Source of the DNA: Spirochaetota bacterium
Lineage (GTDB): Bacteria; Spirochaetota; UBA4802; UBA5550
Length of the DNA stretch: 64,000 nt
Direction of reading: 5' to 3'
Assembly (NCBI GenBank): GCA_963663865.1
Contig: OY760686.1
Location: forward strand, 1,741,730-1,805,729
A program made the position numbers and the translations under genes. The stretch's first letter is position 1. Each line of letters opens with the position of its first letter. The notes below the pieces were generated by a model. That model was not told the DNA's origin, did not search any database, and saw only the letters and a program-made list of their open reading frames with translations. This document shows positions 9,930-19,390 of the stretch, piece after piece.

Positions 9930-11075
9930 ATGAAAATCCTTTTGACCGGTAAACTGACTGCGGTTGCTCTGCTGCTCGTTCTGATCAGTTCCGCGGGCGG
10001 CAGGGAAACTGCCTATAAAATATACGCATCAATAGAGGCGGTTAGAAAGGGCAATCTGGTAACACTGGCCTTTACGGAAAAGCCTGCTGTTTCGAAGTAT
10101 TACATTATCGACGGTGTAAAAGCTCAGGGAGAGGTCTCTCTGCTGTCGAGCGAGAAAACTGATACAGGTTACAGAGTACTTGCTGTGTACAGGGTCTACA
10201 GCGGGCCTGAAGCGAAAGTCGTTCAGGCCGGGCGCCGCATCGCGCTTTCAGAAACACCGGCTCTTTACAGGAGAGATTTCTCAAGCCCCTATGTCACCGA
10301 AAAACCAGAATATCGGGAAAAGATAATATCCCCCATAGATAAAAGAGAAATGATACTTATTCCTGAGGGTAAATTTGTTTTCGGATCGAATAGTGGAGCC
10401 AGAGATGAGTTTCCGCAGTCTGAGAGGTTTGCGGGCTTCTTTTATATTGACAGGTATGAGGTTTCGAATTCAGACTATATGAATTTTGTAAGGTCAGCCA
10501 GAGCTCCGCTGCCACGCTCATGGGCTAAAGACGGATATCCTGACGATAAAGCCAGTTGCCCTGTAATGGTCACCTTGCACGAGGCTGAGGCGTATGCCAG
10601 GTGGGCTGGCAAGCGTCTTCCAAGTGAAATTGAGTGGGAAAAAGCTGCCAGAGGGTTTTCAGGAAATCTATATCCATGGGGTAACGAGTTTGAACCGGGC
10701 AGGGCTAACTCGATGGAGCTGTGGGCCGATGAGAAGGGGCTTGCTGATTTGCAAAAAAAGTACGGCAGCGCTGAGCCTTCTCCGCTGCCCGTAGATTCAT
10801 TTGTTCCCGAAGGGGATTCTCCGTTCGGGATCGCCAACATGGCCGGAAACGCGCCTGAATGGACCTCTGACTGGTACAGAGCTTATGAAGGGAATACTCA
10901 GAAGAACGAAAAATTCGGGAACCGCTACAGAGTGGTTAGAGGCGGTGGATGGTTTCACTGGAAGGATATGCTGCGGTCTGTAGACAGAAATCCGTCGGGT
11001 ATTCCAAACCTCTACAGGGACAACTCGGCCGGCTTCAGGTGTGTTAAAGAGGTGTCAAACGTTGATGAGGAATAG
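9930..11075 (+). CDS. Secreted formylglycine-generating-enzyme (FGE/SUMF1) domain protein
   Basis: A signal peptide 'MKILLTGKLTAVALLLVLISSAGG', then an N-terminal domain of about 120 aa, then an FGE-sulfatase domain ('RVVRGGGWFHWKDMLRSVDRNPSG...AGFRCV'). TTG at 9924 overlaps the upstream stop; ATG at 9930 is the likelier start. Confidence 0.75.
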   Translation: MKILLTGKLTAVALLLVLISSAGGRETAYKIYASIEAVRKGNLVTLAFTEKPAVSKYYIIDGVKAQGEVSLLSSEKTDTGYRVLAVYRVYSGPEAKVVQAGRRIALSETPALYRRDFSSPYVTEKPEYREKIISPIDKREMILIPEGKFVFGSNSGARDEFPQSERFAGFFYIDRYEVSNSDYMNFVRSARAPLPRSWAKDGYPDDKASCPVMVTLHEAEAYARWAGKRLPSEIEWEKAARGFSGNLYPWGNEFEPGRANSMELWADEKGLADLQKKYGSAEPSPLPVDSFVPEGDSPFGIANMAGNAPEWTSDWYRAYEGNTQKNEKFGNRYRVVRGGGWFHWKDMLRSVDRNPSGIPNLYRDNSAGFRCVKEVSNVDEE

Positions 11076-11182
11076 CAATTTTAAAATATTCTAAAGCTTG
11101 TTCACAAAGTTATCAACAATTGTTGATAACTTCTCGGGCGCATGTTGATAAATAGATATTTCCGATAATTGAGGCGGATTGA

Positions 11183-13414
11183 ATGATAGGGAAGATGACA
11201 TCATTTCTTTTCAGATACACGTTTAGGATTGCTCTGCTTACAGATATTATTGTTTTGCTAATTACGGCTTCCTCTTTCTATGTATCCGCGCTGTTTGTAG
11301 GTCAGCCTTCGGTTGAGTTGAATTTTCTCATCAGCCCTTATTTTGCGGCGGCAATATTTGCTCCATTTCTGCTTCATCTGATACAGTGGGGGCTGCTTTC
11401 ATTCGCGGGAATTCCGGCCTTTTCTCAGGGCCACAGGCTGGTTAACCTCTGGCATCGAAATCGTTTTGTCAATGACCCTGTTGAAAAGAGGATTCTCTAT
11501 GAAACACTGAGCAGCCTGCCGGTTTTTTCGATGCTAAACACCATACTCTACCTCGTTATTATGGGGATGATGACGGCGGGAGCTCTGTACTATTTTCACT
11601 CTCAGTCAGCTGTATTAGACAGTACTGAGCTCAGAGGCTTTGTCAGGCTAACCGGTATCGCATTTCTTTACTCAATTCTGCTCAGTTCCGTAATGTCATA
11701 CAATGTCGCTGAAACATGCACATCGTTCAAGAGGAGAGAGCTGCTCAATTCGCTCAACTACTCGGAAAGGGCCGAGACCTCTGTCTCTTCTATAGGCCCT
11801 GGATTAAGGCTCCTGCTTATTCTCATCTTGTTCTTGCTTCAATTCGCATTTGTCTTTCCATCGGCATACAGGCTTGGGCAGCGCGGCGCGGATATATCAG
11901 GTTTAGCGATGCTTCCTGTTTTAGTTATGCTTATGATTACAACCGGTCTGCTCGTGTACACCTCTGTTCCCGTCCTCGCTCAGCTAAGCGACCTTCGTAA
12001 TTCCATAGCCAGAATACGCCGCGGAGGCAGGCCTGCTTTTAAACGGCCGGCCCTGGAAGGCGTTACCGCAGAAGCACAGTTTTCCCTCCTTGACCTCGCG
12101 GCAGAGCACGAGACAGAGGTGCTGGGTCTTGAGGAACAGGCAGAGTTCATGGATAATCGGATTGCTGAATTGGAACAGCAGCTGAAGGAAAAGGAAAGCC
12201 GAATGAAAAAACAGCTGAATATGGCAAATATTATTCAGCAGAGCATTCTTCCGGTTTCATTCGACGGATGGAACGAAATCAAGGTCGCAGTCAGACACAT
12301 GGCTCTGGAAGAGGTAGGGGGCGATTTTTACGACTTCTACAGAATGAAAAATGAAACTCTCGGGGTTGTAATCGGCGATGTCTCAGGACACGGCATTCCA
12401 GCGGCCCTTGTGACATCAATGTCGAAGATTCTATTCAGCAGCGCGGCAGAGAAAAGCACATCCCCGGTCCAGATAATAAGAGAGGTGAACAGGACTCTGC
12501 TTGAGAACATCAGGACTGCCGAGTTTCTGACATGTTTTATGCTGACGGTTGATGAGGACTATAATCTCAGCTACACAAATGCCAGCCATCAGAGGCCTGT
12601 ACTTTTGCGGCAGGAGACTGGAGAGATAGAGCTGCTTGATACAGACGGTTTGTTCATTGGTATCGTTGCCGATGAGGAAAACAGATATACCGAGGGGAAA
12701 ACAGGTCTTAATTACTCGGACCGCGTAATCCTGTATTCTGACGGAATTACGGAGGCCGTCGCGCCTGACGGTGAAAAGTACACTAATGCGAGATTTGAGA
12801 AGTCCATTCTCAGGCACAGAGACAGGCCACTGGAACAGTTCGCCGATTCTCTCATGCAGGACGTAAAAAGGTTTACAGGCAAGGAAGCTGTTAAGGACGA
12901 TGCCACCATAATCATTCTCGAATTAGTGCGTGATGAGGCTGTAGACGCTGTAAAAAAAGCAAAACGGCTGATATCGCTGCACAATCCTGATGGCGCTGTT
13001 GAGCTTCTTGAGCAAGCTCTTGAGAAGATGCCTGAGAGCCAAAAAATTCTTTACAATCTGGCCAAGTGTTATTTTAGAGTTAATGAATACGGGAAGTCAA
13101 TTGAGTATATTCTCAGATATATTGAATCAGAGAAGCTCAACAAGTATGCCTATTACATATGCGGTGCTTCATATTACCAGCTGTCCGACTACGGAAAGGC
13201 CCTGCGCTATCTTGATGCAGCTCTTAATCTTGACAAACGCTTTGTCAACGCGCTCTTTGCCAGGTCCATGACTCTCGTTAAGTCGGGGGATCACGCGGAG
13301 GCGAGGGCCTGCATAGAAAGAATTCTGGATATTGATCCAGACAACAAAATCGCTATACATCAACTGAATAAAATCGACGAAATAAATGAAATTGAAAATG
13401 ATAAAGAATCTTAG
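11183..13414 (+). CDS. Membrane sensor PP2C (SpoIIE/RsbU-type) Ser phosphatase with C-terminal TPR repeats
   Basis: An N-terminal membrane region of about 330 aa with 7-8 TM helices, a coiled coil, a PP2C core 'GGDFYDFY...VIGDVSGHGIPAALV' and C-terminal TPR repeats. Confidence 0.75.
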   Translation: MIGKMTSFLFRYTFRIALLTDIIVLLITASSFYVSALFVGQPSVELNFLISPYFAAAIFAPFLLHLIQWGLLSFAGIPAFSQGHRLVNLWHRNRFVNDPVEKRILYETLSSLPVFSMLNTILYLVIMGMMTAGALYYFHSQSAVLDSTELRGFVRLTGIAFLYSILLSSVMSYNVAETCTSFKRRELLNSLNYSERAETSVSSIGPGLRLLLILILFLLQFAFVFPSAYRLGQRGADISGLAMLPVLVMLMITTGLLVYTSVPVLAQLSDLRNSIARIRRGGRPAFKRPALEGVTAEAQFSLLDLAAEHETEVLGLEEQAEFMDNRIAELEQQLKEKESRMKKQLNMANIIQQSILPVSFDGWNEIKVAVRHMALEEVGGDFYDFYRMKNETLGVVIGDVSGHGIPAALVTSMSKILFSSAAEKSTSPVQIIREVNRTLLENIRTAEFLTCFMLTVDEDYNLSYTNASHQRPVLLRQETGEIELLDTDGLFIGIVADEENRYTEGKTGLNYSDRVILYSDGITEAVAPDGEKYTNARFEKSILRHRDRPLEQFADSLMQDVKRFTGKEAVKDDATIIILELVRDEAVDAVKKAKRLISLHNPDGAVELLEQALEKMPESQKILYNLAKCYFRVNEYGKSIEYILRYIESEKLNKYAYYICGASYYQLSDYGKALRYLDAALNLDKRFVNALFARSMTLVKSGDHAEARACIERILDIDPDNKIAIHQLNKIDEINEIENDKES

Positions 13415-14450
13415 CCTTGAAGAGGCGGGCGCCTACTTCAAACAGAAAGGGCTTCAGGAGTACAGGGCAAAGCAGCTCTTCAGCTGGATATATGACAGAA
13501 ACTGCGGCTCTTTCGATGAAATGACTACCTTCTCGAAGGAGCTCAGGGCTGAACTTTCTTCCGATTTTATTTTGAACCCGCTGGAACTTGAAGAGAGGAC
13601 AATCTCCGAAAAAGACGGAACTGAAAAGTTTCTGCTCAGGACGCATGACGGCCATTTTATTGAAACTGTCCTTATCAAGAATGACGGAACGGAAGACGGC
13701 AGGCTGACTGTTTGTGTCTCAAGCCAGGTTGGCTGCGCTATGGGCTGCGTATTCTGCGAGACGGCTAAGCTCGGCTTTATCCGTAATCTTGAGCCCGCTG
13801 AGATACTGGACCAGCTCGGACAGGTAAGACGGTATACAGGCTTAAAAAACAACAACATAGTTTTTATGGGAATGGGCGAGCCGTTTATGAATTACGAGAA
13901 TGTGATCAAAGCAGCTCAAATTATGAACTACTCGTTCGGATTTCATATTTCGGTAAGAAAAATAACCATCTCAAGCTGCGGCATATTCCCCCAGATAGAA
14001 AGGTTCATTGATGAAAAACAGCCCTTTAACCTTGCCCTCTCTCTGAACGATACTGTATGGGAGCGGCGGGCCCAGAGTATGCCGATAGAGAAAAAGTATC
14101 CCTTTAAAAAGATCGCTTCTCTTTTGAACAAAAAGTTTCCCGTTTCAAGAAACAGGCTGACCATTGAGTATGTGATGAAAAATGACAATATATCAAGAGA
14201 GGACGCGAAGCGTATTAAGGAAATGTTCCGCTTCGCCCGCATTAAGATGAATCTGATTCCGCTGAATCCTGGCTCTTCCGGTATAGTAAGACCCTCAGAC
14301 GATGCGATAAACGCATTTATTGACTACCTGTCGATCATGAATGTTCCAGTTTCAATCAGGAAGAGTATGGGGAGCGACATCGGGGGGGCTTGCGGACAGC
14401 TTTCCGGAAAGAAAACCGGGCAGAGAACAATATTTGAGAACGCGGGGTAA
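13386..14450 (+). CDS. rlmN: 23S rRNA/tRNA (adenine-C2)-methyltransferase RlmN (radical SAM)
   Basis: Motif 'CVSSQVGCAMGCVFCETAKLG' with full-length RlmN similarity. Confidence 0.9.
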   Translation: MKLKMIKNLSLEEAGAYFKQKGLQEYRAKQLFSWIYDRNCGSFDEMTTFSKELRAELSSDFILNPLELEERTISEKDGTEKFLLRTHDGHFIETVLIKNDGTEDGRLTVCVSSQVGCAMGCVFCETAKLGFIRNLEPAEILDQLGQVRRYTGLKNNNIVFMGMGEPFMNYENVIKAAQIMNYSFGFHISVRKITISSCGIFPQIERFIDEKQPFNLALSLNDTVWERRAQSMPIEKKYPFKKIASLLNKKFPVSRNRLTIEYVMKNDNISREDAKRIKEMFRFARIKMNLIPLNPGSSGIVRPSDDAINAFIDYLSIMNVPVSIRKSMGSDIGGACGQLSGKKTGQRTIFENAG

Positions 14451-14452
14451 AC

Positions 14453-16759
14453 GTGGGCAGGCTAAAATTGCTATTAAACCGGGTTAAGAAGAGATGGAAG
14501 CTTTTGGTTCTATATATTCCGGGGGCGCTGTTCATTCTTGTTTCAGCTTACACTCTGGTTATCTATCTGAGCTGGGTTTCCGACGAAGGGGCCGCTCTGG
14601 AAAAGCTTGCGAGATACAAAAAGCTCATTGACCGCACTGAGGAGCTCAGGGAAGGAACGGTTTACAGCTACAGCGATGTCGTTCCCGGTGCGAGGGTTGT
14701 CGATATTCCTACAAGAATCTATGACAGAAACGGGGAGCTTATTGGAGAGTTTTTCGAGCAGAAAAGAGAAATCATTCCTTACTCATATATTCCTGAATGG
14801 ATTGTCAAAGGGGTTATCGCCAGCGAGGACAGGGATTTTTATGAACATACCGGCGTTAATTTCAAAGGGATTTTCCGTGCCATGCTCGTCAATATCAGCA
14901 GCTTTAGCGTAGTACAGGGCGGAAGTACAATTACCCAGCAGCTATCCAAGGTTCTGTTCACTGATATGGATAGAAGCATCAAGCGTAAGATATACGAGTT
15001 TTTCTGTGCGAGAGAAATTGAGAGGCATTATGATAAACAGGATATACTCTCAATGTATCTGAATTTGATATACTTCGGGAACGGCGCTTACGGAGTAGAG
15101 TCAACATCGAAGATGTTTTTTGGACGCAGCGTAACCGGCCTTGATGAGGCAGAATGCGCCATGATTGTAGCTACAATCTCAAGTCCGCGAATCTACTCAC
15201 CGCTGTCAAATCTCGATTCATCGGTGAAAAAAACGCGGCGCATACTGAATTCAATGGTTGATGCCGGGTTTCTGAAGCCCGCAGCGGCGGACGCAAGATA
15301 TAAGCACTTTCTCAGGGAATGGGAAGTCGAGTTCACAAAAGAAGGAAAGGCCGTTTCATCGAAAATCGGCGGCTTCCTGTACAGCTCTTATCGTGTCAAC
15401 AGGGCGCCTTTTTTTAACGAACAGATCCGAAGAACACTTGTGGAAAGATTCGGCGACGACGCTGTAAAAAAAGGCGGACTTAGCGTCTACACTACAATAG
15501 ATGCCGAGGCCCAGGACGCTGCGCGGGAAAGTCTCAGAAGAGGAATAAGCTCTCAGCGGGACTTTCACAGGAAAAAAGCCGGGAAGTCCGCAAATACTCG
15601 CTATGCCAAAGAGGAGCTTGAGAAGGCATCAAATATTGAGGGGGCTCTCGTAGCGCTCAATCCCGGAACAGGCGAGATACTATCCTATGCCGGAGGATAC
15701 GATTTTACAGCAAAAAATCAGAATGATCACGTGTCACAGATTTTACGTCAGCCGGGTTCCTCCTTTAAACCGCTGGTTTATTGCGCCGCGGTTGAAAAGA
15801 AGGCCATCACACCATCAACAATAATCCTGGATGAAAAGACTGTCTTTAAGGGAGGATATTCACCCTCCAACTATAGCAACACGTTCAGCGGAAGCGTTAC
15901 CGCGAGGGAGGCGCTGAAGAAGTCAATAAACATACCGGCGGTTAAGGTTCTTGAACTTTCGGGGTACGGAAAGGTTCTTTCGTATGTCGGAGGAGCGCTT
16001 CAGCTGTCAAAAACTGACCTTGAAAAGAGATTCGGAGAAACACTCAGCCTGGCGCTTGGAACCTATGAGATATCACCTCTCGAAAATGCGGTATTGCATT
16101 CTGTCATCGCAAACGGGGGCAGCTACATCAAACCGTACGGGATACGCCATGTTAAGGATTACAATGGGAGCATTATCTGGAACATGGAAGAAGAGGTTGT
16201 AAGTGAGATGAAATCAATAAGGGATAAAGGAAATATTATTGATGAACCGGCTTCGGCAGTAACAGTATCTATGCTCAGAGGTGTAACAGAAGAAGGCGGT
16301 ACAGCTTATTACAGTGTCAGGGGAAGGAAGTTCCCGTTCCAGACTGCCGGGAAAACGGGGACAAGCAACAATTACTGCGACGCATGGTTTATCGGCTACA
16401 CTCCCGCCATTGTGACAGCTATCTGGATAGGAAACAAAGCCGGCGCAATTTCACTTGGCCATGGAAGAGCAGGTGGAGCGATAGCTGCCCCGGTATGGGC
16501 CGATTATATCGGCAGAGCATACAGGGAGGGATATCCTACAGAGTTTGCCATACCGCGCAAGGGTGTTACGCGGGAGAATATATGCGGTGTTTCGGGGCTT
16601 GTCGCGAGACCCGACGGCAGCTGTTCCGAGTACACTGTTGAACAGGTTTACTACGCCGGCACCGAGCCGGGTGAGTACTGCAACATTCATAAAAATGACA
16701 GCCAGGAGCTTCATTCAACTGAAGGCTCCGGAGCGTCTGCGCAGAACCACTCAATGTGA
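14453..16759 (+). CDS. Class A penicillin-binding protein (PBP1A-type transglycosylase/transpeptidase)
   Basis: GT51 motifs 'EDRDFYEHTGVN' and 'GGSTITQQL'. Transpeptidase motifs SSFKP and KTGT. The GTG start abuts the rlmN stop. Confidence 0.85.
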   Translation: MGRLKLLLNRVKKRWKLLVLYIPGALFILVSAYTLVIYLSWVSDEGAALEKLARYKKLIDRTEELREGTVYSYSDVVPGARVVDIPTRIYDRNGELIGEFFEQKREIIPYSYIPEWIVKGVIASEDRDFYEHTGVNFKGIFRAMLVNISSFSVVQGGSTITQQLSKVLFTDMDRSIKRKIYEFFCAREIERHYDKQDILSMYLNLIYFGNGAYGVESTSKMFFGRSVTGLDEAECAMIVATISSPRIYSPLSNLDSSVKKTRRILNSMVDAGFLKPAAADARYKHFLREWEVEFTKEGKAVSSKIGGFLYSSYRVNRAPFFNEQIRRTLVERFGDDAVKKGGLSVYTTIDAEAQDAARESLRRGISSQRDFHRKKAGKSANTRYAKEELEKASNIEGALVALNPGTGEILSYAGGYDFTAKNQNDHVSQILRQPGSSFKPLVYCAAVEKKAITPSTIILDEKTVFKGGYSPSNYSNTFSGSVTAREALKKSINIPAVKVLELSGYGKVLSYVGGALQLSKTDLEKRFGETLSLALGTYEISPLENAVLHSVIANGGSYIKPYGIRHVKDYNGSIIWNMEEEVVSEMKSIRDKGNIIDEPASAVTVSMLRGVTEEGGTAYYSVRGRKFPFQTAGKTGTSNNYCDAWFIGYTPAIVTAIWIGNKAGAISLGHGRAGGAIAAPVWADYIGRAYREGYPTEFAIPRKGVTRENICGVSGLVARPDGSCSEYTVEQVYYAGTEPGEYCNIHKNDSQELHSTEGSGASAQNHSM

Positions 16760-16796
16760 ATATCTGCAGAATAAAAGCATCATTGATAAAGGTTAA

Positions 16797-17681
16797 ATGG
16801 TTATAATTATGAGAGCTTCAAGAATTATGTTTTTTATATCGTTTATTTTTCTTGTTATGGTGAACCTGTCTTTTACATGGCCCCTTGAAGAATCCAGGCT
16901 TACATCGACATTTGGAGAATCGCGGGGAGACCACTTCCACGACGGTATTGACCTGATAAGCACAAACTCAGACGTGAAACCCCTTGCCTCTGGAAAGACA
17001 ATGTTTATGTGGGACCAGGCAATGTTTCCCCTTGACAATGAGCCCGGCGGAGGTAACTACCTGATTCTAAAGCACCCGGAGAAGGGACTGTATTCAGTAT
17101 ATATGCACCTTGAAAAGGGGCTGTCGCATAAGTCTGAGATCGGAACCGCTGATGTTTTAGGCAGAGTCGGCAACACCGGACATTCATTCGCGGCACACCT
17201 TCACTTTGGTCTTTTTACTGACAGCGGCAAAAAGTCCATAAATCCGCTCACTGTTCTATCAAGTTATAAAGATAAAGAAGCGCCTGAGATATCAGAATTT
17301 GCGCTGCTTATCGGCGACAGATACGTAATCGTACGGGAGAATTCCACAATAAGGCTTACACAGCATTATCCCCTTTTGATTCGCGTAGTCGATTCAGTTA
17401 GCGGCCGTGAGAGACTGGGTGTTTACAGACTTAAGGTTGCTGTAAATGGTGTCCCTGCTGTAAACAGGGAATTCGATGCAATAGAGAATATAAAAGGGAA
17501 TCACTGTGTTGGCGGTAAACCTTTTCAGGAAGTTTTCGACATTAAGGGGTATTACAGGGTTCCTGAAATAAAATACAGGTCAGGTTTAAACACCATCGTT
17601 GTTGAGGCGGAAGATTTAGCTGGAAACAGGTCGGTTAAGGAGTTCAGCTGTACTGTAAATCTTGATCTGGACCAGGGCTGA
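16797..17681 (+). CDS. M23 family metallopeptidase with extra C-terminal domain
   Basis: Motifs 'HFHDGIDL' and 'GHSFAAHLHFG', with an N-terminal signal/TM. Confidence 0.8.
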   Translation: MVIIMRASRIMFFISFIFLVMVNLSFTWPLEESRLTSTFGESRGDHFHDGIDLISTNSDVKPLASGKTMFMWDQAMFPLDNEPGGGNYLILKHPEKGLYSVYMHLEKGLSHKSEIGTADVLGRVGNTGHSFAAHLHFGLFTDSGKKSINPLTVLSSYKDKEAPEISEFALLIGDRYVIVRENSTIRLTQHYPLLIRVVDSVSGRERLGVYRLKVAVNGVPAVNREFDAIENIKGNHCVGGKPFQEVFDIKGYYRVPEIKYRSGLNTIVVEAEDLAGNRSVKEFSCTVNLDLDQG

Positions 17682-17689
17682 GGCAAGCG

Positions 17690-18115
17690 GTGATTAAGTT
17701 GCATAACATGATACCTCATTTCAGGAGAGAAAAGAAGATAAAGCAGGCCGACATGGCTAAATCTCTCAATGTTTCCCCGTCTTATCTGTGTAAAATTGAA
17801 AAAGGGATTCAGATTCCAACGAAAAAATTTATGGAAGACTGTTCGTTATATTTAGGCGTCACGATAAATGCACTTTTCCCCACCGGGCTGAAGAATAAAA
17901 CAGATCGAATTAAGGAGATAAACTCGTGCTTCAAGAGCAAGCTCTGGAGCATCCGCACTGAGAGAGGCATAAAGCAGTACGAAATGGCCAGAATACTCGA
18001 ATGCTCTCCGTCGTATCTTTCGAGGGTAGAGAAGGGCATCCTGATTCCAAATGAGAGGTTTAGAAAACGCTGTGCCAGAATTCTCAAGATCAAGGAATTT
18101 GAACTCTTTCAGTGA
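17690..18115 (+). CDS. XRE-family regulator with two tandem HTH domains
   Basis: Two internal repeats of the '...SPSYL.K.EKGI.IP...F' HTH_3 pattern. Confidence 0.65.
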   Translation: MIKLHNMIPHFRREKKIKQADMAKSLNVSPSYLCKIEKGIQIPTKKFMEDCSLYLGVTINALFPTGLKNKTDRIKEINSCFKSKLWSIRTERGIKQYEMARILECSPSYLSRVEKGILIPNERFRKRCARILKIKEFELFQ

Positions 18116-18127
18116 CAAGACTTACCG

Positions 18128-19390
18128 ATGGATATTCATTTGCATGAAATAATCTCTATTGCGGTGCTGGCGGTATTATCGGCCTTTTTTTCCGCTTCGG
18201 AAACCGCGCTTTTTTCGCTGGGTAAGGCCGACCTCCACCGATTTTCACGTTCCGGGAAACGGGTAGAACGCGCCGTCCATTCTCTCATGCGTGAGCCGCA
18301 AAAAATCCTCATAACAATTCTAATAGCCAATCTTTTTGTCAATATTGGAATATCAGCTTTAAGCGCTAAACTGCTTTTAACACGATGGGTCAACTACGGA
18401 CATATCATATCAATATTTTTCGTAACTCCAGCTATTATTCTTCTGTGCGAGATTTCTCCAAAGGTTATCGCGATTAGCATTCCCGGGGCATTCGTTAGGA
18501 GGGCGTACCCTCTTATTATGTTTTTCCACTGGATGCTCTATCCCATTAGAATAATTATGATGTGTATCGCGAACCTTATCGTCTCAGTGTTCAGGCTTGA
18601 TTTGAGCCACAGCCGTTTGACAGAAGATGAGCTGGGTCAGGTAATCAGAAAAGGAGCCGAAACCGGAGCGATTAATCAGGATGAGGGCGAGTTTATAGGG
18701 AACATCATAAGGTTCGCAAAAAAGGAGGCCGCGAACATTATGTTTCCCCGCAACCGGGCTGTTATTATTTCCGAGGATGTCAGCCTTGATGAAGCTGTTA
18801 AGGTGATGCTCGAAAACGATATTGTGAGGGTGCCAGTATACCGCGAAGACCTCGACCACATTTCCGGATTCGTGGATTCAAAGGACTTGATGCCGTACTA
18901 TCTGGGATACAAGAGCTCAAAGAGCATAGGCAGATTTATCAGGCCCATTGAATTTTTCCCCTCAACCAGGGAGCTTAATGACCTGCTGAATGATTTTCTT
19001 GAAAAAAGAATTCAGATGGCCGTAATAGTCGATGAATACGGTGGTACAGCTGGAATTGTTACTCTTAACAGGATACTTTCCGAGCTGATGGGCAAGGACT
19101 TCAACAAGTGGGAGGTCAACGTTAAACCGGAGATAAGGCGCATATCAAAATCAGCTGCGGTGGTTTCAGCTGCGATGCAGATAACTGATTTTAATTACCG
19201 CTTTGATGAACGCATTGATTCGAACCAGTCCGATACAGTCGGGGGCTATCTAATTGAAAAGCTTGGCCATTTACCCGGAAGGGGTGAACAGGTCGAGACT
19301 GAAAGACTCATCCTGAGAGTCAGGTATATCAGAAAAAACAGAATTGAATCGGTAGATGTAATAAAAAAGGAGGGTAACGGCGGTGACTGA
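18128..19390 (+). CDS. CNNM/CorC/HlyC-family transporter (DUF21 + CBS pair + CorC_HlyC)
   Basis: DUF21 TM domain 'SETALFSLGKADL', CBS pairs and a C-terminal transporter-associated domain. Confidence 0.8.
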   Translation: MDIHLHEIISIAVLAVLSAFFSASETALFSLGKADLHRFSRSGKRVERAVHSLMREPQKILITILIANLFVNIGISALSAKLLLTRWVNYGHIISIFFVTPAIILLCEISPKVIAISIPGAFVRRAYPLIMFFHWMLYPIRIIMMCIANLIVSVFRLDLSHSRLTEDELGQVIRKGAETGAINQDEGEFIGNIIRFAKKEAANIMFPRNRAVIISEDVSLDEAVKVMLENDIVRVPVYREDLDHISGFVDSKDLMPYYLGYKSSKSIGRFIRPIEFFPSTRELNDLLNDFLEKRIQMAVIVDEYGGTAGIVTLNRILSELMGKDFNKWEVNVKPEIRRISKSAAVVSAAMQITDFNYRFDERIDSNQSDTVGGYLIEKLGHLPGRGEQVETERLILRVRYIRKNRIESVDVIKKEGNGGD

